Assembly (NCBI GenBank): GCA_043228905.1
Contig: JBHGNT010000010.1
Coordinates: 21,204,001-21,268,000 of the forward strand
Length of the DNA stretch: 64,000 nucleotides
Source of the DNA: Azolla caroliniana
Taxonomy: Eukaryota > Plantae > Polypodiophyta
Direction of reading: 5' to 3'
The number at the start of each line of letters is the position of its first letter. The stretch's first letter is position 1. The position numbers and the translations under genes are program-made. Shown in pieces: positions 24,313 through 38,386 of the stretch. Below the pieces are notes generated by a model, which was not told the origin of the DNA, did not search any database, and saw nothing but the letters and a program-made list of their open reading frames with translations.

Positions 24313-26110
24313 CCTCGGGTTTCGCTACCGAGGGCCTCGCGGTTACGCTCGTGGTTTGGTCTCACTGTTAGGAACTGGACCGAGTGGCGCTCGTCCTAGC
24401 TTTTGACTCTTGCATAGGCTGAACCATTGTCCAGCACCTTGGTCTCCATCCGTGCCGCCGTGATATATGGCTCTCCTAGTATAACCGGATGCGAGGACGT
24501 CTCCTGCACGAAGAAGTGCTGGTCAATCTCGACATCGTCGATTTTCACCAGTACATTCGGACAGGCCACATGTAGTTCTTCCGTGGCGCGCGTCATTGCC
24601 CGTATCTTCCAGCCATGCTTGGTGTTGATCGGCCATTTACCCTTCTTGTAGAAATCCACAGACATTAGGTTGATTTCGGATCCATGGTCTACCAACGCCA
24701 TCACCGGTTCCAAAACGTTGCTGATCCGTACAGGGGTTTCTGTAGTTGCCCTGGCCCAATGCGGCTTCGTGTAGTGGCTTCCCGCCAGCTCATCTTCCAG
24801 GTGCGTGGTCCGCACTTCCACCGGCTTCTCTGGTTCTGCCTCCGTCGAGAGCCTCTTCCGCTTCACCAAGTCTACGATAGAGTCATGGAACTTCCTCTTG
24901 GCGATTCCCAGCACCTCCCGCAACGACAGCTCCACTTTATTGTCGAGGATTTGCTCTTCAAGGACCTTCCGTAGGTCCGTTGCTCTCTCGATTTCGGTGC
25001 TCAACCGAAACCCCGCCTGCTTCTTCCCATCCGGCACGCCTGGGTTGCCGGCACCGGTCGGTTTCGGCTCGAACCGGGTCTCATACCTCGGGGGCCCAAC
25101 CCCTCCAGCCTTTCCTGCCCATTTGTCCTCCACCAGAACCTCGTAGTTCTAGCAAGTGGCTTCTACGAAGCCCGTTTTCTCTTCCACCAGATCGTCCCAA
25201 CCGGTGACCTCCTGGACCTGCTGTTCCGCGCGGTCCGCCTCTTCCTTCCTCAGCCGAACTCCGGAGAGGCCTTCTAGCACTAGCGGCCAGAATCCGGAGT
25301 CCTTCACCTTCCGGGTCTCATCACCCCCGACCCGAATTCCCGTCGACACTGAGTAGTTAACGACTTCGACGTGCCGTGCCGCAGCCTCTTCCATCAACCT
25401 CTTCATTCCGTCGCGCCTCGCATTCAGTTCCAGGGCTCTCCGGGTCTCGCTCGCGTGCACCCGCCCGTTCCAGAGGTACACCACGTTGGTCCTGAGCGCG
25501 TCGGCGAAATCCGCGCAGTCCTTCCGAATGTGACCGATCGCGTCACACCACATGCACCGCTGCCTAGCCGGCGGCCTCCGATTGCGAGGTTGTTCACCAC
25601 TGTCTCTTTGGGTCTGTGCGATCTGTAGGTCGCGCACCATCTGTGTTAGCTCCTCCAGAGCCGCTCCTCCGGATGGGCCTCTGACCACGTCGTTCGATGC
25701 CGACCCCGACTCCGGCCAGATTCGCGTATCTTCCTTCCTCCCAGCCGGCACCGAAACCGGCTCGTCGAGCCTCCTCCCCGGGACCGGCCCCGACCCCAAC
25801 GTGCTTTCGTCGCTCCAATCGCGTCGTTTGTCGAAATGGCTGCAGACCCGTTTTACCACAGCCCAGTCCGTCGTGAGCCCTTCGTCCGTTTCCAATAGGG
25901 GCCCCACCTTTTGCCTGTCGAGCGCATCCACCGACTTGACAAACAGCAGTACTCGACTTGTTTCGAGCATTGTCCGGTCCAACGTCGACATCCGCGCGAA
26001 CTGTTTTTCGAACTCCAGGAGGAGCACCGACGTGTTCCTCCCTTTTCTGAGGCTTTCCACCCACGCCATGAAGTCCCGCCTCGATAGCCGAAGCGAGTCG
26101 TCAAACCCGT
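24303..26110 (-). pseudogene. Element C gag-protease (C-terminal part; N-terminus at 33033-33346)
   Basis: CMWCDAIGHIRKDC and ALVDHGSEINL. ORF1 ends GDF* at 24303. Confidence 0.87.
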
Positions 26111-26780
26111 TGTCGTGAAGAAAACCGTCCACAAGCGGAATCGGTGCACCGGAGCGTAGGAACCGGCTCTTCATACACGTACGCCTTATGTTGTACATAG
26201 AAGATCCTAGGTAGGTAGATTCGGTAGGTAGGAAGTTAATGGGAAACGGCTCCTTCCTTGCCTATAAAAGGAGGGAGACGAGGAGGGGAGAGGGGATCGC
26301 AGAATCAGAGAGGACGAAGTGTTGTCGGGTTGTCGGCCGAAGGCTTCTCTCTCTTCCAAACTCCATAGCTTCTTTGTGTGCAGGTTTCGGGAGGCTCGCG
26401 CTGCTCTGAGGAATGCCCGAGTGCTTCCGGCAGCACCTCCAACCTACTCCTTTCTTTCTATGCGTTTACGAATAGGCATCGGCATCTGTTCGCCGGCCTG
26501 TTCGGTTGTAACCGCCTTCGTGCTTCATGTTGTTTGTCTCTGTTAATATATACATACATACCTTCGTGTCTCTCTGTGTTGGTTTCCCGCTCGCGTCTTC
26601 GTGTCGAAGGGCCGTGTCCCTGTGGATCTACGCTCGCACCTAGTGGGTCTCTTCCCTTCTCCTTTCTCTCTTGTTATTCGGTACAAGACCCCCGAGGTCC
26701 CGCCTCATTCCACGCATCCGCGGGGAATACCTCGACATCTTGGTGAACCCGACGTGAAGGAGGTGGCAGAAGAGCAGAAA

Positions 26781-28868
26781 ATGAGGGGGTCGGATCTTGC
26801 AGAGGCCATGGCTTCGGCCGTGGATCAGATATTGAGCACACGCGAGGGCACCGGCGCCCTCGACAGAGCCATTGAGGCGGTTGTCGGTACGATCGGCCGG
26901 TTCAGCGAAAAGGATGCTACGAAGTATTTGGCGTCCTATGGGGCAGAAATGCTGATGTGGGACATTCCGGAAGAGAGGCGTCTTGCCGGGTTCCCCCGAG
27001 TGGCGATGCCGAGCATCCATGCGGAGGTGCTCGAGGTACGGGCGGAGAGCCGTACCTGGGAGGAGTTCGAAGGCCAACTCCTAGACAAATACAGGCTGGA
27101 CGACGCGCTCCGGCTTTCGAAACAGGACTTCATGGAATGGGTGGAGTCCCCCGGCAAGGGAAGAAACACGCCAGCACTCCTCCGGGAGTTTGAAGAACGC
27201 TTTGCGCGCCTTTTGGCGCTTGACCGAACCGTTCTGGATACGAGCCGGGTCCTACTGTTCGTCAAGTCGGTGGACGAGCGGGACCGGGATCAAGTCGGCT
27301 CCTTGCTAGAAACCGAACACGGGCTGACGACCGACTCGACGGCGGTTAAGAGAGTCTGTGGCCGTTTCGACAAACGGCGACAATGGGCTAACAACGGGGC
27401 GACCGGAGCGGGCTCTGTCACAGCAAGGAGGCTTGAACCAGCACCACAAGGGCGAAGGGCAGAGACTCGGGAGTGGCTCGAAACCGGTTCGGCTTCGACC
27501 GGCATGGTCAATGACTCGTCCGGAGGAGCAGCGCTGGAGGAGTTGACGCGGGCGATAAAGGATCTCCAGATCGCCTAGACTCGAAGGGAAGGCGGCGAAC
27601 CGGCTCATGACCGACGGCCGGCAGTAGGGAACAGATGCATGTGGTGCGACGAGGTCGACCACATTCGGAAGGACTGCGGCGATTTCGCAGAGGCGTTGAG
27701 GAACCGGGTGGTGTACCTGTGGGAAGTCCAGGTGCATGCCGGCGATACCAGAAGGGCCCTAAACCGGAACGACGGGCGAGGAGGTATGAAGAGACTAATG
27801 GAAGAGGCAGCGGCCCGACACGTGGAGGCCATCCACTACTCGGCGTCGGCCGGTATTCGGGTCGGGGGCAGCGAGGCCCGAAAGGAGAGCAAAGACGGAT
27901 TCTGGTCGGCAATGTTGGAAGGCCTCGCCGGCGCACGGCTGAGGGAAGATGAAGCGGACCGCGCTGAGAAACGGGTCCGGGAAATAACCGGGTGGAGCGA
28001 CCCGGTCGAGGAGAAGACGGGCTTCGTAGAAGCCGCCTGCCGGAACTACGAGGCTCTGGTGGAAGACAAACGAGTGGGGAAAGCCGGAGCGGCCGAGCCC
28101 TCACAACGATACGAGACCCAACTCGGGCAATGACGGAACGATGCCGGTGGGTCTAGCGCGCAAGATAACCCCAGGAAGGGCGGATACCGACTGGGGACGG
28201 AAATAGAAAGGACCACGGACCTACGAAAGGTCCTAGAAGAGCGGATCCTCGACAGCAAAGTGGAGCTGTCATTGCGGGAGGTGCTAGGGATCACTAAGAA
28301 GGAGTTCCACGACTCCATTGTGGACTTGGTGAAGCGGAAGAGACTGTCGACGGAGACGGAACCGGAGAAGCCGATGGAGGTACGGACGACGCACATCGAC
28401 GACTCGGCGCTGGCAGATGAGTGGGCGGAGAGCCACTATTCGAGGCCACACTGGGCCCGAGCAACCACGGAGACCCCGGTAAAGATCGGAGATGTTCAGG
28501 AACCGGTGGTGGCATTGGTGGACCACGGTTCGGAAATAAACCTGATGTCCATGGACTTCTATAAGAAGGGAAAGTGGCCGATCAACACCAAGCACGGGTG
28601 GAAGATACGGGCGGCGACGCGCGCCACCGAGGAACTGCACGGGGCCTGCCCGAACGTGCGAATCAAGATCGGCGACGTCGAGATTGACCAGCACTTCTTC
28701 GTACAGGAGACGTCCTCGCACCCGGTCATATTAGGGGAACCATACATCACGGCGGCGCGGATGGAGACGAAGGTGCTAGACAACGGTTCGGTCCAATTTC
28801 TGACGGTGCGACCAAACCACGAGCGGAACCGCGAATCCCTCGGTGGCGAGAACCGGGAGGACTTTTAG
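26781..28868 (+). pseudogene. A2 ORF1 gag-protease
   Basis: Zinc knuckle and ALVDHGSEINL. Premature stops ending at 27578 and 28133. Confidence 0.88.
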
Positions 28869-31800
28869 AGAGGGCTGCCAAGGCGTGGGGCCGAGACAGT
28901 CCGGACACTCGGGAAAGACCCCACAGCTGTACGATAGAACCGAAATCGAAGAAACCCTGTACGATAGGTAGGAAATTTTCTCCAACGACGGAGGGTGTGT
29001 GATGGTCGGCATTGTTGGCCGAGAAAAGGCAAGGGCGGAGGAGCGACTTCGAGCGTGCGGAGTTCTTGGCCCGGACGAGGAAATCAGCGGAGCCGTGGAG
29101 GCGGTCTCCTTCGACGACACCTTGGGAATGCTGAGAGAGGTAGCCGGAGAAGACCTTAACGAAGACCGGACGATACCGGTATGTTCCGAAGAGATGTACG
29201 AAGTCATCGCGAACTTCAGTCAGGGGCTCGGGTCGGATCGGACGGCCCGGATTAGCACGAAGTACAAGACGGTGGACCGGAAGGTAAGGCCAGTCGCGGC
29301 ACCCTTACCGGAGGGCAGCGAGTCCTGAATCAGAGGGGTTGCGTCGGACCCCAGTTTACGAGATCCGGTCTGCATAGGACACACCTTCACCGACGGGACG
29401 CTCCGGGAGCTCAAAATCGGTGGGGGCGGGTTCCTACTGCCGGCGGAGGAAGACCGGTTTCAGAGAATGCTCGGGAGGCACGGGAGGCACGGGAAAGCCT
29501 TCGCATTCTCACCGGAAGAGATCGGGTGCGTAGACCCGACAATCGTGGAGCCGATGGTGATATTCACGGTACCGCATGTGCCGTGGAATCTCAAGCCGAT
29601 TCCAGTACCGAGAGCTCACATCCCGAAGTTGATGGAGCTATTGAGGCAGAAAGTCGATATGGGCATTCTCGAACCGTCGAGTGCCCCATACTCGAACCGA
29701 TAGTTTACCGTACCAAAGAAAAACGGAACATTGCGCTTCATTCAAGACCTGCAGCCGGTCAACAGAGTGACCATTCGGAACGCAGGAATCGGACCGACCA
29801 TAGACGAGTTCGCGGAGGCCTTCGCCGGAAGGTCGATTTACTCGGTCGGTGATCTGTACTCGGGGTACGACCAGTTCCAGCTAGCTGTGGAGAACAGAGA
29901 CATTACGACGATGCGAACTCCCCTCGGCCTAGTGCGAATGTGTACACTGCCACAAGGAGGAACCAACTCGGTGGCCCACATGGTGAATACAATGAACAAG
30001 GTACTGAGGGATTGCATCCCGGACATCACCATGCCATTTCTAGACGACATCCCGATCAAGGGGTGCCCGGTGGAAGAGAAGGACGAGACACTCAGGCCGG
30101 ACGGATGTCGGCGATTCGTGGCAACACACATCGACGACTGCGAGAAGGTGCTACAAAGGCTAGAGGATGCGAGGCTCACCTTCTCCGGGGAGAAATCGGC
30201 CTTCGGGAAATCAGAGATCCTGGTTGTCGGACACCTATGTGGACCATATGGCCGGAAGCCGTCTCCGGCAAAGGTAGAAGCCATCTCCGCGATGAAGACC
30301 GACTGTAGCTCGGTTACGGAAGTTCGGAGGTTCCTGGGGGCGTGCACATTCTACCACATATGGATCCCGCATTACGCCCACGTTGCGGAGCCGCTATACG
30401 GGTTGCTGAAGAAAGGGCGAAAATTCGAGTGGCGAGACGAGCACACGGAGTCGGTCCGGAAGCTGAAGGAAGCTCTTGCGGCAGCACCGGCGCTCCGGAA
30501 GGCTGTCTACGGGAAGGGTACCCCGGTATACATAACGGTGGATACGAGTCCGACCGGGATCGGATGGGTCGTCAACCAAGAAGACGAGGACGGCATTCGG
30601 TTCCCGATCCGATTCGGCGCGAAGGTCCTCAGTGAGCGACAGCGAGGGTACGCCCAGGTTAAACGCGAACTCTGGGTATCGTTTCGGCAGTAAAGGTCAA
30701 CAAAGACTACCTGATCGGGACAGAAGTGATTATCGAGACGGATTGCCTACCAATTCTTGGCATGGTTTCCGGATGCGCGACACCGGACCTGGTGATGCTC
30801 AGGTGGATAGCGTACATCAAGTCCCTGGACCCGGAAATACGACACATTTCCGGAAAGGACAACGCCATCGCCGACATGCTTTCGAGGGCGAGGTTTGATG
30901 ACGAGGGCAGCATGGTTTTGGAGGACGAAGAAGTCGGCGTGGACTTCTTCGAGGCAGCGTACGTGACGACCGATGGGACGAGCACTCCGGCGCTTAACGG
31001 CTTCGACGAGAGCAAGTACGACGGCGAGTGGCTGCAGATCGGTGGTTTCTTAAGGACCATGACGCCGGATGCGTCATGGACAAGGGACGAGACCAACCGG
31101 ATCCGGAAGAAAGCATACTGATTCTTTCTCCGGGACGGATACTTATGGAAGCACCCAAAGAAGAGGAACGGCGTCCCGCTCCGGGTGGTGGCAATGAAGG
31201 AAGAACAGGAGGAGCTGCTGACGGCCTACCACGACAGCCCTTGGGCTGGACACCGTGGAACGTGGGCCACGTTCGAGAAGATAAAGGGGAAGAACTGGTG
31301 GCCGGGACTGTACCGGGACGTGCATCGGTTCGTGACAACTTGCGAGAGCTGTCAGATGCACTCCGTAGTCCGACATCAGGACGAGCTTCACCCTACGTAC
31401 CCTCCGACCATCCACTTCAAATGGATGGTAGACCTGGTGACGATGTCGATGGGAGTAGGACAGATGCGGTATCTGGTCCTGGCTCGGGAAGAACTGACGA
31501 ACCAGGTAGAAGGCCGAGCCCTTCAGAACAAAACGACCGCGGCCGTATGTCGGTTCCTGATTGAGGACGTGATATGCCGGTACGGGTGCGTCGGGAAGAT
31601 CGTGGCTGATCGCGGGGAGTTGGACGCCGAAGAGGCGAGGAGCTGTTCGACCGGCTAGGGGTCAAGCTCTCGCTTACCATTGCGTACAATCCGGAGGCGA
31701 ATGGGAAGGTGGAGCGCGGACACGGACCGATCGTCAAGGCGTTAGTTCGGGCATGCGGAGGTCAAGTCGGGAACTGGCCGCGGCTGCTGCCTTACGCGTT

Positions 31801-32331
31801 GTGGGCGGACTGAACTACGCATAGTTCGGTAACCGGATTCATGCCGGCAGAGCTCATGTTTGGGCAGAATCCGGTCATGCCAATGGAACGTACGATCTCC
31901 TCGTGGGCAACCGTGGACTGGAGAGACGAGATGAGCCGGGAGGAACTGTTGGCGGCGCGCATATGATAGCTCGAGCGAAGACCGGAGGACGTGGAGCAGG
32001 CTGCGGGAAAGCTTCGGGTAGCAAGGACGAGGAACAAAGCCCGGTTCGACCGGACGCACCGGCTCCGACCAAAGAAGATCGAGGAAGGCGACTGGGTGCT
32101 AGTCTACGACAGCAGCCTCGACAACCAGCACCGAGCGACACGGAAGTTCGCAAGAAGGTGGTTCGGGCCTTACGTGGTACAAAGCGCCAACGACAACGGG
32201 ACGTACCATCTGGCGGACCTCAACGGCACGAGAATGGCAATACCGGTAGCTGGGAAGCGGATCAAAGCGTTCAAGAAGCGTCACGATGACGAATGATCCG
32301 AAACCGAGGAAGAACCGACGGGCGGGGAATG
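28859..32331 (+). pseudogene. A2 ORF2 RT-RNaseH-integrase
   Basis: FLDD and integrase HHCC/DDE/GPY motifs. Several stops and frameshifts. Confidence 0.9.
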
Positions 32332-34010
32332 AAGGCTGGACCGGTTTTCTCCGTCCCAACTCAATTTGGCGCATGTCAGTGGATGCGCGGTTAGGTGGGG
32401 GCGGATGTCATGAAGAAAACCGTCCACAAGCGGAATCGGTGCACCGGAGCGTAGGAACCGGCTCTTCATACACGTACGCCTTATGTTGTACATAGAAGAT
32501 CCTAGGTAGGTAGATTCGGTAGGTAGGAAGTTAATGGGAAACGGCTCCTTCCTTGCCTATAAAAGGAGGGAGACGAGGAGGGGAGAGGGGATCGCGAAAT
32601 CAGAGAGGACGAAGTGTTGTCGGGTTGTCGGCCGAAGGCTTCTCTCTCTTCCAAACTCCATAGCTTCTTTGTGTACAGGTTTCGGGAGGCTCGCGCTGCT
32701 CTGAGGAATGCCCGAGTGCTTTCGGCAGCACCTCCAACCTACTCCTTTCTTTCTGTGCATTTACGAATAGGCATCGGCATCTGTTCGCCGGCCTGTTCGG
32801 TTGTAACCGCCTTCGTGCTTCCTGTTGTTTGTCTCTGTTAATATATACATACATACCTTCGTGTCTCTCTGTGTTGGTTTCCCGCTCGCGTCTTCGTGTC
32901 GAAGGGCCGTGTCCCTGTGGATCTACGCTCGCACCTAGTGGGTCTCTTCCCTTCTCCTTTCTCTCTTGCTATTCGGTACAAGACCCCCGAGGTCTCACCT
33001 CATTCCACGCATCCGCGAGGAATACCTCGACACCGTACTTCTCGAGGAGCTGCAACTCGAACTCCTCCCAAGTTTGGCATCCGGCCAGCACCTCGAGCAC
33101 CTCCACATGGATGCCCGACATCACCACCCGAGGGAATCCAGATAGCCGCCTGTCCACCGGGATATCCCTCATTATCATTTCGGCCCGGTAAGCCTCCAAA
33201 TAACTTGTGGCGTCTTTCCCTCCGAAACGGCCTATAGAGCCGACGATCGATTCTATGGCTCTGTCGAGGGTACTCGTTCCCAAACGAGCGCTCACCAGCC
33301 GTTCAACGGCCACCGCCATTACCTCTGCTAGCTCCGATCCCCTCATCTTTCGACTCCTTTGCCGCCCTTTCACGTCGGGTTCACCAAAGATGTAGCGTCG
33401 TTACGCGCGTACGTGTAGAAAGGGGCGGGACCACGGGGGACTTGGACAAAGGAGCTAGAGAGACAGAGAGACAGAGAGAGAGAAAGATTCACTGACACGT
33501 AGAAGCGAGAAAGAGAGAAACAGAACGTAACACTTAATTATAATGACAGAGATTACAAACTCCGACAGTTACAACCGACAAAGCGGCGACGGGCCCGACA
33601 CGGGGACCCTACTCACGCACACCGACGACAGTCACCGACTCAAAGAAACAAAAGGGGAAGGGGAGTGACTCTGCTGGAAGCACACGGGCTGTCCACGAAG
33701 CAGAGGCAGTGACCTCCCGACACCCGCAGAGAGCGACAATTCGAGTCGAAGAGAGAGAGCTCCGCCTTCCGTTCTGCAACAACCTCCTTCTTCCTCCTCC
33801 CGCGCGATATCCCCTTTTCTCTTCTCCTCTTCCCCTTTATTCCCTATCCCCCTCTGGGATACGCACAATCCCCCTTTAATAAATGCGTGTGGCCTAGTAG
33901 TCACATCCACCGGTTCGTGTACAAAGTATCTAGTCACGCGTCCATCCGTGTAGGGGCCGGTTTACGCGCTTTCTCTCCGATTCCGCCTATGGCCGGTTTC
34001 CTTCACGACA

Positions 34011-34878
<868 letters not shown>

Positions 34879-36679
34879 ACGTTTTTGAGATAAGTCCCGA
34901 ATGGGACATTTCCAATATGCCGAATCGAATGAGTTATGTCATTTCCAGTTTTGACATAGCGGGGCCGATCGGGCTTTCATAGTTCTCAAAACCAGTCTTC
35001 GTGGGATGTCATATGATTGGATGCTCCCGAGTCGACAAACCATAGGTTGACTGAAGAAGAGGTGCTAGTCGAAGCTTGATCCGACATCGAATGTGCTTTG
35101 TGCCTCGTCATAAACATTCCACCTCGATCGTCGTAGTCGAAATTTGATGCTAGTTAGTGAGTTGTCGGCGAGTCGAAGCCGAGTCTCGTATCTTTTTTCA
35201 GCACTCCTCTTCATAGTGACCGAGTTTTCCACAGTACCCGCATTCGATCGGGTTGTTACAATTGCTCGGTCCGACAGGATAGCTCCCCCTTCTACTGAAC
35301 TGTCTGGCATTGCTCTTATCATCTTGCCATTGGTGAGAGTTGTGTCCTCGGGTCGACTGACCCTATCGCCCTCAGCCGAATTGACCTCTATTTCCTCGGT
35401 CGAATCCTCTTCTATCATCCGATTGAGAGTAGAGCATCTGACCATTCGATGCATTGCTCCTTTGTGGGGCATGGTTTTCTTCCACCAATAATATCGATTG
35501 AAGGTCGAAAAAGGAAGGTGGGTTCTCCCTTGCGAGAATGGCCGACCTAATTGCACCGAAACGCAGTGTTAAGCCGTCGAGGCATATTTGCACCATTTCG
35601 CCATCGTCGATGATGACATTGTTCGATCCGAGGGCATCACACGGCTCGTTGATCTTCAAGGTATAGCAGGTGATCGACATATCCCTCTGTTGCATGTTGT
35701 TTAGCTCCTGTCGAAGTTTGAGCTTTCGTGCAGCCATATTGGCCGAAAAAATCTTCTTAAGATTTCCCCAAGCTTCTTTCGGCGTTTTCGAATCTCGAAT
35801 ATAGCCAAGCATGTGGTCATGAATGCATGACGCAAGGCAGTACAACACATGGTGTCATGAGGATTTTCGGCCATGGTGAGAAAACCCGAGAGGAACGAAT
35901 AAAGCGAGATGTGCAACATTGCACATATACTTAGGAAAATTGTAACATAGGAGTAAATAGACAAATGTAAGAAGGAAAAGTAAAGGGGGGGGTCAAAATG
36001 TGCATGTGCAATGTGTGTGCACACAGGCGATTAATTGTGCATATACAAATTAAAAGGGAAAAGAAAGGGTGGAAAGGATGTATAGAAGCTCGTGTAAAAA
36101 GCAAGAGAGAGGAGAGATAAAAGGTAGAGTGAAGATTCATAGAGTGAGGATTCGTAGAGTGAACATTCGTATAGTGGGTTCGAAGAGTGCTTTATATTTA
36201 TAAGATTTAAAATATTTATTTATTTATTTATTTATCCCTTGAGTACTCCCTAGTCCAAGACCCCCGTGGTCCCGCCCAAATAACACGTGCGCGCGAAACT
36301 TCGCCACAACACGGCTCGCAGCCTTCTCCCCCACTGGGTAGTCGGCGTGTGTCGGGTTGGGTTGCGTTTCGTGAGCTCCCTTAATGTAGCTCCAATAAGC
36401 TTGTCCGACGAGGTACTGATGCATCTTGTACTCCCAAGATGTAAAGTTTGTCCTATCGAGCTTCTTCGAAGGAAGAGCGCTTCCCATCTGAGCATGCATA
36501 ATGATTTCTTCTCTGTTTTTGAACTGGTTCTGTTGATCGTCGATGTGTAGCACAATACAGTTGATTAAGCTTGACCAGATAACCACACGCTCTGATACCA
36601 TGTAAAGAGTGAAGGGCGTAGATGGTGCTATGCAACGAAAGTGAGCTTTGTGTGTGAGTGTGTGTGCATGTGACGCAAT

Positions 36680-36723
<44 letters not shown>

Positions 36724-36869
36724 AAGTTGTAAGCAAGAAAACTCTATATCACATCCAACAGTTACTCAATTACAAAAGGTTGGTTTGAATACCAACAATT
36801 CTAGGGCAAATTCCCTTTCTACTAATTACAAATCTATTCTAGTAAGTTGTCCACTGACTAGTGTGAACA
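34879..36869 (-). mobile_element. Ty1/copia remnant (5' LTR, tRNA-iMet PBS, degenerate gag)
   Basis: PBS TGGTATCAGAGC at 36589-36600 (-). gag reads LDRTNFTSWEYKM...KTPKEAWGNLKKIF. LTR outer end uncertain. Confidence 0.75.
35853..36308 (+). mobile_element. Solo LTR (Trp-gypsy superfamily, diverged) in copia gag
   Basis: TGTCATGAGG...CTTCGCCACA with U5 motif agtccaagacccccgtggtcccgc. Flanks (ac)atgg/(ac)acgg. Removing it restores KAASRVLYCL. Confidence 0.75.
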
Positions 36870-37124
36870 CTATCCCTATGGGAAGTTGAGTTTGATTCTC
36901 AACATAAAGATATTAGTTTTTGTTGCAACAATCACATGATTGACAATGAGTTCAAAGTTGATCAAATTCCCAACAACACAAGAGTTAAACCTTTTCATAA
37001 ACAACCAATTACCCAACACAACAACTTAGTTATTGGTTAGGTCAAGTTGCATTCTACATATTTGTGATCCAAATGGTGCGTGTGATTTTTCCATGGATTA
37101 TAATCTAATGCAAGGAGAAGTTTT

Positions 37125-38039
37125 TATTTTATTTTAAAAGAAAGATACACCTTAGTATATTACTTGAGAAATGTACATATAGAAAACAGAAGGAAACACT
37201 CCATCACACCTCTATTGTAATACAAAGGCTAATACCAACATCTAATCAAACAGATGATATCATATAAGAAACAAGTGAAGAACAAACTACAAGCTATGCA
37301 ATAAAAAAGAAGGTATGGCATAATTCCACCTCATACCAGAAGTTGTATCTGGAAATAAGTGAACCCCTCGCCACTGTTTCTTAAAGTCCACTTGACGTTG
37401 CCTTAGAGCATCAGTTGAACCTTGCAGATCATCATATTGCCCACGTAGGGTATGGACAAATAACAGCCAGAATTCAATAAGCATGGTGTGGAGATGTATG
37501 TGAGCATTATTAAAAACAACATCACATCTCACTTTCCATATTGTCGAAAGAGCTAATAATGTAATAGTACACCAAATAACCAAATTTTCAATTCTAAACC
37601 GTGGAATAAAAGATGGAAATGAAGTGAGATAGAGGTACCCATGGGAAAAGTGAAAGACATGAGAAGCATGCCTACTTTCATACTTCATAACATTTCCATG
37701 AAGGACACCCCACAAGAAAATAGAATGAGAGTAATGGTGTCTCGGTAATAAAAACAACTTATTCGAAAATTGCTTGATCCTGGGACATAACCAAAACAAA
37801 TGCAAAATAGATTCCATAGATGCACCACAATGCATTCCACAAGCATATTGTTGATTTTGCCTCAACCAATCACCAACAAGAAGAGCATAATGCATCAATA
37901 GCCAATGAAAACAAATCACTTTTTTCGGCAATTGCATACTCCACAACCATTTCCAAAATTTTGTAAGTTGCAATGCATTCACATTCTTTGCAGTCAAATG
38001 CTTCATGGTAGCAGGGCATTTATACTTTGATTGCAACAA
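37125..38039 (-). mobile_element. 5'-truncated L1-clade LINE (ORF2 C-terminus, zf-RVT)
   Basis: FWKWLW...LPKKV...C..CG..ESILHLFWLC. A-rich tail near 37121-37135. TSD taatgcaagga(g/a)aagtttt at 37106 and 38040. Confidence 0.85.
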
Positions 38040-38386
38040 TAATGCAAGGAAAAGTTTTAATCAATTTTTCTTTTGTTATGCTTGGGTATGGGGGGGAGTC
38101 TCCGACCATATACCAACTACCAAAACTTTAACACAAATGTTTGTTATCACGATATTCTTGATTATTAAGAATAACTAGTTGGTACCATTGGAAATTTAAA
38201 TTCTCTCGAGATTAAACGCTAGAACCTTCCAAATATGAAAGGGATCATTTCTTTTAGTTTTTGGTGTCCCTAGGGGGTCTTCTCTTCTTTTCTTTCTTAG
38301 GTTTTAGGGTCTTCATGTGTGTGGTGTGAGAGTGGATATTGGGCTACTTCTTCTTCTTCTTACATGGGTAGTGCTAGGGTTAGTAG

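Larger units (their letters stand above)
26111..33032 (+). mobile_element. Full-length Ty3/gypsy element A2 nested in C gag
   Basis: 627-bp LTRs 26111-26737 and 32406-33032, perfect 4-bp TSD ccgt, Trp PBS and PPT. Confidence 0.96.
20256..34010 (-). mobile_element. Ty3/gypsy element C (Trp family), reverse strand, interrupted by A2
   Basis: 5' LTR 33391-34010, PBS 33370-33386, PPT about 20747-20763, 3' LTR 20256-20746 (U5 end deleted). Inserted in the start of the LTR that resumes at 34011. Confidence 0.9.

Noticed and set aside
1-34000. Numerous 60-220 aa antisense or alternative-frame ORFs recurring between copies
   Set aside because: These are shadow ORFs of GC-rich gag/pol and LTR sequence. 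They recur because the copies are homologous.
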